In this document: one piece after another, positions 10,201 to 25,200 of the stretch
Position numbering within the stretch: position 1 is the first letter of the stretch
How the letters are laid out: every line of letters starts with the position of its first letter
Assembly (NCBI RefSeq): GCF_009914755.1
Contig: NC_060937.1
DNA: 64,000 nt
Source: the human T2T-CHM13v2.0 reference genome, Homo sapiens
Strand: one strand, 5' to 3'
Notes under the pieces: model-generated
What the model was told of the DNA's origin: nothing
The model's database searches: none
The model's input: the letters and a program-made list of their open reading frames with translations, nothing else
Position numbers and translations under genes: made by a program

Positions 10201-13200
10201 TGTTTCTGAGAATCCTTCTGTGTCGTTTTTATGGGAAGATATTTACTTTTTCACCGTAGGCATCAAAGCGCTCCAAATGTCCACATCCAGATACTCCAGA
10301 AAGAGTGTTTCAAACCTGCTCTATGAAAGGGAATCTTCAACTCTATGAGTTGAATGCAGACATCAGAAAGAAATTTCTGAGAATGCTGCTGTCTACCTTT
10401 TATTTGAATTCCCGCTTCCAACGAAATCCTCCAAGCTATCCAAATATCCACTTGCAGATTCCACAAAAAGAGTGTTTCAAAACTGCTCTCTATCAATGGC
10501 AAAGTTCAACTCTGTTAGTTGAGGACACATATCACCAACAAGTTTCTGAGAATGCTTCTGTCTATTTTTTATGGGAAGATATTTCCTTTTTCACCGTAGG
10601 CGTCAAGGCGATCGAAATGTCCACTTCCACAAACTACAAAAAGAGTGTTTCAAACCTGCTCTATGAAAGGCCATGTTCATCTCTATGAGTCGAATGGAAA
10701 TATCCGAAAGAAATTTCTGGGAATGCTGCTGTCTAGTTTTTATACGAATTCCCGCTTCCAACGAAATCCTCAAAGCAATCCAAATATCCACTTGCAGAAT
10801 CCACAAAAAGAGTGTTTCAAAACTGCTCTATCAATAGAAAGGTTCAACTCTTTTAGTTGAGTACACACATCACAAACAAGTTTCTGAGAATGCTTCTGTC
10901 TGGCTTTTATTGGAAGACGTTTCCTTTTCACCAAAGGCATCAAAGCGCTCCAAATGTCCACTTCCAGATTCTTCCAAAAGAGTGTTTGAAACGTGCTCAA
11001 AGTAAGGGAATGTTCAACTCTGTGACTTGAATGCAGATATCACCAAGTAGTTTCTAATAGTGCTTCTGTCTAGATTTTAGATGATGATATTCCCGTTTCC
11101 AACGAAATCGTTAGAGCTATCCAAATATCCACTTACAGTTTCTACAAAAAGAGTGTTTCCAAACTGCTGCATCAAAAGAAAGGTTCAACTCTGTTAGTTG
11201 AGGACACACGTCACAAAGAAGTTTGTGAGAATGCTTCTGTCTAGATTTTGTATGACGATATTCCCTTTTCCAACGATATCGTTAAAGCAATCTAAATATC
11301 CATTTGCAGAATCCACAAAAATAGAGTTTCAAAGCTGCTCTGTAAAAAGAAAGGTTCCACTCTGTTAGCTGAGTACACACATCACAAACTTGTTTCTCAG
11401 AATCCTTCTGTCTCGTTTTTATGGGAAGATATTTACTTTTTCACCGTAGGCATCAAAGCGCTCCAAATGTCCACATCCAGATACTCCAGAAAGAGTGTTT
11501 CAAACCTGCTCTATGAAAGGGAATCTTCAACTCTATGAGTTGAATGCAGACATCAGAAAGAAATTTCTGAGAATGCTGCTGTCTACCTTTTATTTGAATT
11601 CCCGCTTCCAACGAAATCCTCCAAGCTATCCAAATATCCACTTGCAGATTCCACAAAAAGAGTGTTTCAAAACTGCTCTCTATCAATGGCAAAGTTCAAC
11701 TCTGTTAGTTGAGGACACATATCACCAACAAGTTTCTGAGAATGCTTCTGTCTATTTTTTATGGGAAGATATTTCCTTTTTCACCGTAGGCGTCAAGGCG
11801 ATCGAAATGTCCACTTCCACAAACTACAAAAAGAGTGTTTCAAACCTGCTCTATGAAAGGCCATGTTCATCTCTATGAGTCGAATGGAAATATCCGAAAG
11901 AAATTTCTGGGAATGCTGCTGTCTAGTTTTTATACGAATTCCCGCTTCCAACGAAATCCTCAAAGCAATCCAAATATCCACTTGCAGAATCCACAAAAAG
12001 AGTGTTTCAAAACTGCTCTATCAATAGAAAGGTTCAACTCTTTTAGTTGAGTACACACATCACAAACAAGTTTCTGAGAATGCTTCTGTCTGGCTTTTAT
12101 TGGAAGACGTTTCCTTTTCACCAAAGGCATCAAAGCGCTCCAAATGTCCACTTCCAGATTCTTCCAAAAGAGTGTTTGAAACGTGCTCAAAGTAAGGGAA
12201 TGTTCAACTCTGTGACTTGAATGCAGATATCACCAAGTAGTTTCTAATAGTGCTTCTGTCTAGATTTTAGATGATGATATTCCCGTTTCCAACGAAATCG
12301 TTAGAGCTATCCAAATATCCACTTACAGTTTCTACAAAAAGAGTGTTTCCAAACTGCTGCATCAAAAGAAAGGTTCAACTCTGTTAGTTGAGGACACACA
12401 TCACAAAGAAGTTTGTGAGAATGCTTCTGTCTAGATTTTGTATGACCATATTCCCTTTTCCAGCGATATCATTAAAGCAATCTAAATATCCATTTGCAGA
12501 ATCCACAAAAATAGAGTTTCAAAGCTGCTCTGTAAAAAGAAAGGTTCCACTCTGTTAGCTGAGTACACACATCACAAACTTGTTTCTGAGAATCCTTCTG
12601 TCTCGTTTTTATGGGAAGATATTTACTTTTTCACCGTAGGCATCAAAGCGCTCCAAATGTCCACATCCAGATACTCCAGAAAGAGTGTTTCAAACCTGCT
12701 CTATGAAAGGGAATCTTCAACTCTATGAGTTGAATGCAGACATCAGAAAGAAATTTCTGAGAATGCTGCTGTCTACCTTTTATTTGAACTCCCGCTTCCA
12801 ACGAAATCCTCCAAGCTATCCAAATATCCACTTGCATTTTCCACAAAAAGAGTGCTTCAAAACTGCTCTATCAATAAATGTTCAACTCCTTTAGCTGGGT
12901 GCACACATCACAAACAAGTTTCTGAGAATGCTTCTGTCTAGTTTTTATGGGAAGACATTCCCTTTTTCACCAAAGGCATCAAAGCGCTCCAAATGTCCAC
13001 TTCCAGACACTACAAAAAGAGTGTTTCCAACGTGCTCTAAGAAAGCGAATGTTCAACTCTGTGACTTGAATGCAGATATCACAAAGTAGTTTCTGAGAGG
13101 GCTTCTGTCTAGATTTTAGATGATGATATTCCCGTTTCCAACGAAATCATTAGAGCTATCCAAATATCCACTTACAGTTTCTACAAAAAGAGTGTTTCCA

Positions 13201-16200
13201 AACTGCTGCATCAAAAGAGAGGTTCCACTCTGTTAGCTGAGTACACACATCACAAACTTGTTTCTGAGAATCCTTCTGTGTCGTTTTTATGGGAAGATAT
13301 TTACTTTTTCACCGTAGGCATCAAAGCGCTCCAAATGTCCACATCCAGATACTCCAGAAAGAGTGTTTCAAACCTGCTCTATGAAAGGGAATCTTCAACT
13401 CTATGAGTTGAATGCAGACATCAGAAAGAAATTTCTGAGAATGCTGCTGTCTACCTTTTATTTGAATTCCCGCTTCCAACGAAATCCTCCAAGCTATCCA
13501 AATATCCACTTGCAGATTCCACAAAAAGAGTGTTTCAAAACTGCTCTCTATCAATGGCAAAGTTCAACTCTGTTAGTTGAGGACACATATCACCAACAAG
13601 TTTCTGAGAATGCTTCTGTCTATTTTTTATGGGAAGATATTTCCTTTTTCACCGTAGGCGTCAAGGCGATCGAAATGTCCACTTCCACAAACTACAAAAA
13701 GAGTGTTTCAAACCTGCTCTATGAAAGGCCATGTTCATCTCTATGAGTCGAATGGAAATATCCGAAAGAAATTTCTGGGAATGCTGCTGTCTAGTTTTTA
13801 TACGAATTCCCGCTTCCAACGAAATCCTCAAAGCAATCCAAATATCCACTTGCAGAATCCACAAAAAGAGTGTTTCAAAACTGCTCTATCAATAGAAAGG
13901 TTCAACTCTTTTAGTTGAGTACACACATCACAAACAAGTTTCTGAGAATGCTTCTGTCTGGCTTTTATTGGAAGACGTTTCCTTTTCACCAAAGGCATCA
14001 AAGCGCTCCAAATGTCCACTTCCAGATTCTTCCAAAAGAGTGTTTGAAACGTGCTCAAAGTAAGGGAATGTTCAACTCTGTGACTTGAATGCAGATATCA
14101 CCAAGTAGTTTCTAATAGTGCTTCTGTCTAGATTTTAGATGATGATATTCCCGTTTCCAACGAAATCGTTAGAGCTATCCAAATATCCACTTACAGTTTC
14201 TACAAAAAGAGTGTTTCCAAACTGCTGCATCAAAAGAAAGGTTCAACTCTGTTAGTTGAGGACACACGTCACAAAGAAGTTTGTGAGAATGCTTCTGTCT
14301 AGATTTTGTATGACGATATTCCCTTTTCCAACGATATCGTTAAAGCAATCTAAATATCCATTTGCAGAATCCACAAAAATAGAGTTTCAAAGCTGCTCTG
14401 TAAAAAGAAAGGTTCCACTCTGTTAGCTGAGTACACACATCACAAACTTGTTTCTCAGAATCCTTCTGTCTCGTTTTTATGGGAAGATATTTACTTTTTC
14501 ACCGTAGGCATCAAAGCGCTCCAAATGTCCACATCCAGATACTCCAGAAAGAGTGTTTCAAACCTGCTCTATGAAAGGGAATCTTCAACTCTATGAGTTG
14601 AATGCAGACATCAGAAAGAAATTTCTGAGAATGCTGCTGTCTACCTTTTATTTGAATTCCCGCTTCCAACGAAATCCTCCAAGCTATCCAAATATCCACT
14701 TGCAGATTCCACAAAAAGAGTGTTTCAAAACTGCTCTCTATCAATGGCAAAGTTCAACTCTGTTAGTTGAGGACACATATCACCAACAAGTTTCTGAGAA
14801 TGCTTCTGTCTATTTTTTATGGGAAGATATTTCCTTTTTCACCGTAGGCGTCAAGGCGATCGAAATGTCCACTTCCACAAACTACAAAAAGAGTGTTTCA
14901 AACCTGCTCTATGAAAGGCCATGTTCATCTCTATGAGTCGAATGGAAATATCCGAAAGAAATTTCTGGGAATGCTGCTGTCTAGTTTTTATACGAATTCC
15001 CGCTTCCAACGAAATCCTCAAAGCAATCCAAATATCCACTTGCAGAATCCACAAAAAGAGTGTTTCAAAACTGCTCTATCAATAGAAAGGTTCAACTCTT
15101 TTAGTTGAGTACACACATCACAAACAAGTTTCTGAGAATGCTTCTGTCTGGCTTTTATTGGAAGACGTTTCCTTTTCACCAAAGGCATCAAAGCGCTCCA
15201 AATGTCCACTTCCAGATTCTTCCAAAAGAGTGTTTGAAACGTGCCCAAAGTAAGGGAATGTTCAACTCTGTGACTTGAATGCAGATATCACCAAGTAGTT
15301 TCTAATAGTGCTTCTGTCTAGATTTTAGATGATGATATTCCCGTTTCCAACGAAATCGTTAGAGCTATCCAAATATCCACTTACAGTTTCTACAAAAAGA
15401 GTGTTTCCAAACTGCTGCATCAAAAGAAAGGTTCAACTCTGTTAGTTGAGGACACACATCACAAAGAAGTTTGTGAGAATGCTTCTGTCTAGATTTTGTA
15501 TGACCATATTCCCTTTCCCAGCGATATCATTAAAGCAATCTAAATATCCATTTGCAGAATCCACAAAAATAGAGTTTCAAAGCTGCTCTGTAAAAAGAAA
15601 GGTTCCACTCTGTTAGCTGAGTACACACATCACAAACTTGTTTCTGAGAATCCTTCTGTCTCGTTTTTATGGGAAGATATTTACTTTTTCACCGTAGGCA
15701 TCAAAGCGCTCCAAATGTCCACATCCAGATACTCCAGAAAGAGTGTTTCAAACCTGCTCTATGAAAGGGAATCTTCAACTCTATGAGTTGAATGCAGACA
15801 TCAGAAAGAAATTTCTGAGAATGCTGCTGTCTACCTTTTATTTGAACTCCCGCTTCCAACGAAATCCTCCAAGCTATCCAAATATCCACTTGCATTTTCC
15901 ACAAAAAGAGTGCTTCAAAACTGCTCTATCAATAAATGTTCAACTCCTTTAGCTGGGTGCACACATCACAAACAAGTTTCTGAGAATGCTTCTGTCTAGT
16001 TTTTATGGGAAGACATTCCCTTTTTCACCAAAGGCATCAAAGCGCTCCAAATGTCCACTTCCAGACACTACAAAAAGAGTGTTTCCAACGTGCTCTAAGA
16101 AAGCGAATGTTCAACTCTGTGACTTGAATGCAGATATCACAAAGTAGTTTCTGAGAGGGCTTCTGTCTAGATTTTAGATGATGATATTCCCGTTTCCAAC

Positions 16201-19200
16201 GAAATCATTAGAGCTATCCAAATATCCACTTACAGTTTCTACAAAAAGAGTGTTTCCAAACTGCTGCATCAAAAGAGAGGTTCCACTCTGTTAGCTGAGT
16301 ACACACATCACAAACTTGTTTCTGAGAATCCTTCTGTGTCGTTTTTATGGGAAGATATTTACTTTTTCACCGTAGGCATCAAAGCGCTCCAAATGTCCAC
16401 ATCCAGATACTCCAGAAAGAGTGTTTCAAACCTGCTCTATGAAAGGGAATCTTCAACTCTATGAGTTGAATGCAGACATCAGAAAGAAATTTCTGAGAAT
16501 GCTGCTGTCTACCTTTTATTTGAATTCCCGCTTCCAACGAAATCCTCCAAGCTATCCAAATATCCACTTGCAGATTCCACAAAAAGAGTGTTTCAAAACT
16601 GCTCTCTATCAATGGCAAAGTTCAACTCTGTTAGTTGAGGACACATATCACCAACAAGTTTCTGAGAATGCTTCTGTCTATTTTTTATGGGAAGATATTT
16701 CCTTTTTCACCGTAGGCGTCAAGGCGATCGAAATGTCCACTTCCACAAACTACAAAAAGAGTGTTTCAAACCTGCTCTATGAAAGGCCATGTTCATCTCT
16801 ATGAGTCGAATGGAAATATCCGAAAGAAATTTCTGGGAATGCTGCTGTCTAGTTTTTATACGAATTCCCGCTTCCAACGAAATCCTCAAAGCAATCCAAA
16901 TATCCACTTGCAGAATCCACAAAAAGAGTGTTTCAAAACTGCTCTATCAATAGAAAGGTTCAACTCTTTTAGTTGAGTACACACATCACAAACAAGTTTC
17001 TGAGAATGCTTCTGTCTGGCTTTTATTGGAAGACGTTTCCTTTTCACCAAAGGCATCAAAGCGCTCCAAATGTCCACTTCCAGATTCTTCCAAAAGAGTG
17101 TTTGAAACGTGCTCAAAGTAAGGGAATGTTCAACTCTGTGACTTGAATGCAGATATCACCAAGTAGTTTCTAATAGTGCTTCTGTCTAGATTTTAGATGA
17201 TGATATTCCCGTTTCCAACGAAATCGTTAGAGCTATCCAAATATCCACTTACAGTTTCTACAAAAAGAGTGTTTCCAAACTGCTGCATCAAAAGAAAGGT
17301 TCAACTCTGTTAGTTGAGGACACACGTCACAAAGAAGTTTGTGAGAATGCTTCTGTCTAGATTTTGTATGACGATATTCCCTTTTCCAACGATATCGTTA
17401 AAGCAATCTAAATATCCATTTGCAGAATCCACAAAAATAGAGTTTCAAAGCTGCTCTGTAAAAAGAAAGGTTCCACTCTGTTAGCTGAGTACACACATCA
17501 CAAACTTGTTTCTCAGAATCCTTCTGTCTCGTTTTTATGGGAAGATATTTACTTTTTCACCGTAGGCATCAAAGCGCTCCAAATGTCCACATCCAGATAC
17601 TCCAGAAAGAGTGTTTCAAACCTGCTCTATGAAAGGGAATCTTCAACTCTATGAGTTGAATGCAGACATCAGAAAGAAATTTCTGAGAATGCTGCTGTCT
17701 ACCTTTTATTTGAATTCCCGCTTCCAACGAAATCCTCCAAGCTATCCAAATATCCACTTGCAGATTCCACAAAAAGAGTGTTTCAAAACTGCTCTCTATC
17801 AATGGCAAAGTTCAACTCTGTTAGTTGAGGACACATATCACCAACAAGTTTCTGAGAATGCTTCTGTCTATTTTTTATGGGAAGATATTTCCTTTTTCAC
17901 CGTAGGCGTCAAGGCGATCGAAATGTCCACTTCCACAAACTACAAAAAGAGTGTTTCAAACCTGCTCTATGAAAGGCCATGTTCATCTCTATGAGTCGAA
18001 TGGAAATATCCGAAAGAAATTTCTGGGAATGCTGCTGTCTAGTTTTTATACGAATTCCCGCTTCCAACGAAATCCTCAAAGCAATCCAAATATCCACTTG
18101 CAGAATCCACAAAAAGAGTGTTTCAAAACTGCTCTATCAATAGAAAGGTTCAACTCTTTTAGTTGAGTACACACATCACAAACAAGTTTCTGAGAATGCT
18201 TCTGTCTGGCTTTTATTGGAAGACGTTTCCTTTTCACCAAAGGCATCAAAGCGCTCCAAATGTCCACTTCCAGATTCTTCCAAAAGAGTGTTTGAAACGT
18301 GCCCAAAGTAAGGGAATGTTCAACTCTGTGACTTGAATGCAGATATCACCAAGTAGTTTCTAATAGTGCTTCTGTCTAGATTTTAGATGATGATATTCCC
18401 GTTTCCAACGAAATCGTTAGAGCTATCCAAATATCCACTTACAGTTTCTACAAAAAGAGTGTTTCCAAACTGCTGCATCAAAAGAAAGGTTCAACTCTGT
18501 TAGTTGAGGACACACATCACAAAGAAGTTTGTGAGAATGCTTCTGTCTAGATTTTGTATGACCATATTCCCTTTCCCAGCGATATCATTAAAGCAATCTA
18601 AATATCCATTTGCAGAATCCACAAAAATAGAGTTTCAAAGCTGCTCTGTAAAAAGAAAGGTTCCACTCTGTTAGCTGAGTACACACATCACAAACTTGTT
18701 TCTGAGAATCCTTCTGTCTCGTTTTTATGGGAAGATATTTACTTTTTCACCGTAGGCATCAAAGCGCTCCAAATGTCCACATCCAGATACTCCAGAAAGA
18801 GTGTTTCAAACCTGCTCTATGAAAGGGAATCTTCAACTCTATGAGTTGAATGCAGACATCAGAAAGAAATTTCTGAGAATGCTGCTGTCTACCTTTTATT
18901 TGAACTCCCGCTTCCAACGAAATCCTCCAAGCTATCCAAATATCCACTTGCATTTTCCACAAAAAGAGTGCTTCAAAACTGCTCTATCAATAAATGTTCA
19001 ACTCCTTTAGCTGGGTGCACACATCACAAACAAGTTTCTGAGAATGCTTCTGTCTAGTTTTTATGGGAAGACATTCCCTTTTTCACCAAAGGCATCAAAG
19101 CGCTCCAAATGTCCACTTCCAGACACTACAAAAAGAGTGTTTCCAACGTGCTCTAAGAAAGCGAATGTTCAACTCTGTGACTTGAATGCAGATATCACAA

Positions 19201-22200
19201 AGTAGTTTCTGAGAGGGCTTCTGTCTAGATTTTAGATGATGATATTCCCGTTTCCAACGAAATCATTAGAGCTATCCAAATATCCACTTACAGTTTCTAC
19301 AAAAAGAGTGTTTCCAAACTGCTGCATCAAAAGAGAGGTTCCACTCTGTTAGCTGAGTACACACATCACAAACTTGTTTCTGAGAATCCTTCTGTGTCGT
19401 TTTTATGGGAAGATATTTACTTTTTCACCGTAGGCATCAAAGCGCTCCAAATGTCCACATCCAGATACTCCAGAAAGAGTGTTTCAAACCTGCTCTATGA
19501 AAGGGAATCTTCAACTCTATGAGTTGAATGCAGACATCAGAAAGAAATTTCTGAGAATGCTGCTGTCTACCTTTTATTTGAATTCCCGCTTCCAACGAAA
19601 TCCTCCAAGCTATCCAAATATCCACTTGCAGATTCCACAAAAAGAGTGTTTCAAAACTGCTCTCTATCAATGGCAAAGTTCAACTCTGTTAGTTGAGGAC
19701 ACATATCACCAACAAGTTTCTGAGAATGCTTCTGTCTATTTTTTATGGGAAGATATTTCCTTTTTCACCGTAGGCGTCAAGGCGATCGAAATGTCCACTT
19801 CCACAAACTACAAAAAGAGTGTTTCAAACCTGCTCTATGAAAGGCCATGTTCATCTCTATGAGTCGAATGGAAATATCCGAAAGAAATTTCTGGGAATGC
19901 TGCTGTCTAGTTTTTATACGAATTCCCGCTTCCAACGAAATCCTCAAAGCAATCCAAATATCCACTTGCAGAATCCACAAAAAGAGTGTTTCAAAACTGC
20001 TCTATCAATAGAAAGGTTCAACTCTTTTAGTTGAGTACACACATCACAAACAAGTTTCTGAGAATGCTTCTGTCTGGCTTTTATTGGAAGACGTTTCCTT
20101 TTCACCAAAGGCATCAAAGCGCTCCAAATGTCCACTTCCAGATTCTTCCAAAAGAGTGTTTGAAACGTGCTCAAAGTAAGGGAATGTTCAACTCTGTGAC
20201 TTGAATGCAGATATCACCAAGTAGTTTCTAATAGTGCTTCTGTCTAGATTTTAGATGATGATATTCCCGTTTCCAACGAAATCGTTAGAGCTATCCAAAT
20301 ATCCACTTACAGTTTCTACAAAAAGAGTGTTTCCAAACTGCTGCATCAAAAGAAAGGTTCAACTCTGTTAGTTGAGGACACACGTCACAAAGAAGTTTGT
20401 GAGAATGCTTCTGTCTAGATTTTGTATGACGATATTCCCTTTTCCAACGATATCGTTAAAGCAATCTAAATATCCATTTGCAGAATCCACAAAAATAGAG
20501 TTTCAAAGCTGCTCTGTAAAAAGAAAGGTTCCACTCTGTTAGCTGAGTACACACATCACAAACTTGTTTCTCAGAATCCTTCTGTCTCGTTTTTATGGGA
20601 AGATATTTACTTTTTCACCGTAGGCATCAAAGCGCTCCAAATGTCCACATCCAGATACTCCAGAAAGAGTGTTTCAAACCTGCTCTATGAAAGGGAATCT
20701 TCAACTCTATGAGTTGAATGCAGACATCAGAAAGAAATTTCTGAGAATGCTGCTGTCTACCTTTTATTTGAATTCCCGCTTCCAACGAAATCCTCCAAGC
20801 TATCCAAATATCCACTTGCAGATTCCACAAAAAGAGTGTTTCAAAACTGCTCTCTATCAATGGCAAAGTTCAACTCTGTTAGTTGAGGACACATATCACC
20901 AACAAGTTTCTGAGAATGCTTCTGTCTATTTTTTATGGGAAGATATTTCCTTTTTCACCGTAGGCGTCAAGGCGATCGAAATGTCCACTTCCACAAACTA
21001 CAAAAAGAGTGTTTCAAACCTGCTCTATGAAAGGCCATGTTCATCTCTATGAGTCGAATGGAAATATCCGAAAGAAATTTCTGGGAATGCTGCTGTCTAG
21101 TTTTTATACGAATTCCCGCTTCCAACGAAATCCTCAAAGCAATCCAAATATCCACTTGCAGAATCCACAAAAAGAGTGTTTCAAAACTGCTCTATCAATA
21201 GAAAGGTTCAACTCTTTTAGTTGAGTACACACATCACAAACAAGTTTCTGAGAATGCTTCTGTCTGGCTTTTATTGGAAGACGTTTCCTTTTCACCAAAG
21301 GCATCAAAGCGCTCCAAATGTCCACTTCCAGATTCTTCCAAAAGAGTGTTTGAAACGTGCCCAAAGTAAGGGAATGTTCAACTCTGTGACTTGAATGCAG
21401 ATATCACCAAGTAGTTTCTAATAGTGCTTCTGTCTAGATTTTAGATGATGATATTCCCGTTTCCAACGAAATCGTTAGAGCTATCCAAATATCCACTTAC
21501 AGTTTCTACAAAAAGAGTGTTTCCAAACTGCTGCATCAAAAGAAAGGTTCAACTCTGTTAGTTGAGGACACACATCACAAAGAAGTTTGTGAGAATGCTT
21601 CTGTCTAGATTTTGTATGACCATATTCCCTTTCCCAGCGATATCATTAAAGCAATCTAAATATCCATTTGCAGAATCCACAAAAATAGAGTTTCAAAGCT
21701 GCTCTGTAAAAAGAAAGGTTCCACTCTGTTAGCTGAGTACACACATCACAAACTTGTTTCTGAGAATCCTTCTGTCTCGTTTTTATGGGAAGATATTTAC
21801 TTTTTCACCGTAGGCATCAAAGCGCTCCAAATGTCCACATCCAGATACTCCAGAAAGAGTGTTTCAAACCTGCTCTATGAAAGGGAATCTTCAACTCTAT
21901 GAGTTGAATGCAGACATCAGAAAGAAATTTCTGAGAATGCTGCTGTCTACCTTTTATTTGAACTCCCGCTTCCAACGAAATCCTCCAAGCTATCCAAATA
22001 TCCACTTGCATTTTCCACAAAAAGAGTGCTTCAAAACTGCTCTATCAATAAATGTTCAACTCCTTTAGCTGGGTGCACACATCACAAACAAGTTTCTGAG
22101 AATGCTTCTGTCTAGTTTTTATGGGAAGACATTCCCTTTTTCACCAAAGGCATCAAAGCGCTCCAAATGTCCACTTCCAGACACTACAAAAAGAGTGTTT

Positions 22201-25200
22201 CCAACGTGCTCTAAGAAAGCGAATGTTCAACTCTGTGACTTGAATGCAGATATCACAAAGTAGTTTCTGAGAGGGCTTCTGTCTAGATTTTAGATGATGA
22301 TATTCCCGTTTCCAACGAAATCATTAGAGCTATCCAAATATCCACTTACAGTTTCTACAAAAAGAGTGTTTCCAAACTGCTGCATCAAAAGAGAGGTTCC
22401 ACTCTGTTAGCTGAGTACACACATCACAAACTTGTTTCTGAGAATCCTTCTGTGTCGTTTTTCTGGGAAGATATTTACTTTTTCACCGTAGGCATCAAAG
22501 CGCTCCAAATGTCCACATCCAGATACTCCAGAAAGAGTGTTTCAAACCTGCTCTATGAAAGGGAATCTTCAACTCTATGAGTTGAATGCAGACATCAGAA
22601 AGAAATTTCTGAGAATGCTGCTGTCTACCTTTTATTTGAATTCCCGCTTCCAACGAAATCCTCCAAGCTATCCAAATATCCACTTGCAGATTCCACAAAA
22701 AGAGTGTTTCAAAACTGCTCTCTATCAATGGCAAAGTTCAACTCTGTTAGTTGAGGACACATATCACCAACAAGTTTCTGAGAATGCTTCTGTCTATTTT
22801 TTATGGGAAGATATTTCCTTTTTCACCGTAGGCGTCAAGGCGATCGAAATGTCCACTTCCACAAACTACAAAAAGAGTGTTTCAAACCTGCTCTATGAAA
22901 GGCCATGTTCATCTCTATGAGTCGAATGGAAATATCCGAAAGAAATTTCTGGGAATGCTGCTGTCTAGTTTTTATACGAATTCCCGCTTCCAACGAAATC
23001 CTCAAAGCAATCCAAATATCCACTTGCAGAATCCACAAAAAGAGTGTTTCAAAACTGCTCTATCAATAGAAAGGTTCAACTCTTTTAGTTGAGTACACAC
23101 ATCACAAACAAGTTTCTGAGAATGCTTCTGTCTGGCTTTTATTGGAAGACGTTTCCTTTTCACCAAAGGCATCAAAGCGCTCCAAATGTCCACTTCCAGA
23201 TTCTTCCAAAAGAGTGTTTGAAACGTGCTCAAAGTAAGGGAATGTTCAACTCTGTGACTTGAATGCAGATATCACCAAGTAGTTTCTAATAGTGCTTCTG
23301 TCTAGATTTTAGATGATGATATTCCCGTTTCCAACGAAATCGTTAGAGCTATCCAAATATCCACTTACAGTTGCTACAAAAACAGTGTTTCCAAACTGCT
23401 GCATCAAAAGAAAGGTTCAACTCTGTTAGTTGAGGACACACGTCACAAAGAAGTTTGTGAGAATGCTTCTGTCTAGATTTTGTATGACGATATTCCCTTT
23501 TCCAACGATATCGTTAAAGCAATCTAAATATCCATTTGCAGAATCCACAAAAATAGAGTTTCAAAGCTGCTCTGTAAAAAGAAAGGTTCCACTCTGTTAG
23601 CTGAGTACACACATCACAAACTTGTTTCTCAGAATCCTTCTGTCTCGTTTTTCTGGGAAGATATTTACTTTTTCACCGTAGGCATCAAAGCGCTCCAAAT
23701 GTCCACATCCAGATACTCCAGAAAGAGTGTTTCAAACCTGCTCTATGAAAGGGAATCTTCAACTCTATGAGTTGAATGCAGACATCAGAAAGAAATTTCT
23801 GAGAATGCTGCTGTCTACCTTTTATTTGAATTCCCGCTTCCAACGAAATCCTCCAAGCTATCCAAATATCCACTTGCAGATTCCACAAAAAGAGTGTTTC
23901 AAAACTGCTCTCTATCAATGGCAAAGTTCAACTCTGTTAGTTGAGGACACATATCACCAACAAGTTTCTGAGAATGCTTCTGTCTATTTTTTATGGGAAG
24001 ATATTTCCTTTTTCACCGTAGGCGTCAAGGCGATCGAAATGTCCACTTCCACAAACTACAAAAAGAGTGTTTCAAACCTGCTCTATGAAAGGCCATGTTC
24101 ATCTCTATGAGTCGAATGGAAATATCCGAAAGAAATTTCTGGGAATGCTGCTGTCTAGTTTTTATACGAATTCCCGCTTCCAACGAAATCCTCAAAGCAA
24201 TCCAAATATCCACTTGCAGAATCCACAAAAAGAGTGTTTCAAAACTGCTCTATCAATAGAAAGGTTCAACTCTTTTAGTTGAGTACACACATCACAAACA
24301 AGTTTCTGAGAATGCTTCTGTCTGGCTTTTATTGGAAGACGTTTCCTTTTCACCAAAGGCATCAAAGCGCTCCAAATGTCCACTTCCAGATTCTTCCAAA
24401 AGAGTGTTTGAAACGTGCTCAAAGTAAGGGAATGTTCAACTCTGTGACTTGAATGCAGATATCACCAAGTAGTTTCTAATAGTGCTTCTGTCTAGATTTT
24501 AGATGATGATATTCCCGTTTCCAACGAAATCGTTAGAGCTATCCAAATATCCACTTACAGTTTCTACAAAAAGAGTGTTTCCAAACTGCTGCATCAAAAG
24601 AAAGGTTCAACTCTGTTAGTTGAGGACACACGTCACAAAGAAGTTTGTGAGAATGCTTCTGTCTAGATTTTGTATGACGATATTCCCTTTTCCAGCGATA
24701 TCATTAAAGCAATCTAAATATCCATTTGCAGAATCCACAAAAATAGAGTTTCAAAGCTGCTCTGTAAAAAGAAAGGTTCCACTCTGTTAGCTGAGTACAC
24801 ACATCACAAACTTGTTTCTCAGAATCCTTCTGTCTCGTTTTTATGGGAAGATATTTACTTTTTCACCGTAGGCATCAAAGCGCTCCAAATGTCCACATCC
24901 AGATACTCCAGAAAGAGTGTTTCAAACCTGCTCTATGAAAGGGAATCTTCAACTCTATGAGTTGAATGCAGACATCAGAAAGAAATTTCTGAGAATGCTG
25001 CTGTCTACCTTTTATTTGAATTCCCGCTTCCAACGAAATCCTCCAAGCTATCCAAATATCCACCTGCATTTTCCACAAAAAGAGCGTTTCAAAACTGCTC
25101 TATCAATAGAAATGTTCAACTCCTTTGGCTGGGTACACACATCACAAACAAGTTTCTGAGAATGCTTCTGTCTAGTTTTTATGGGAAGACATTCCCTTTT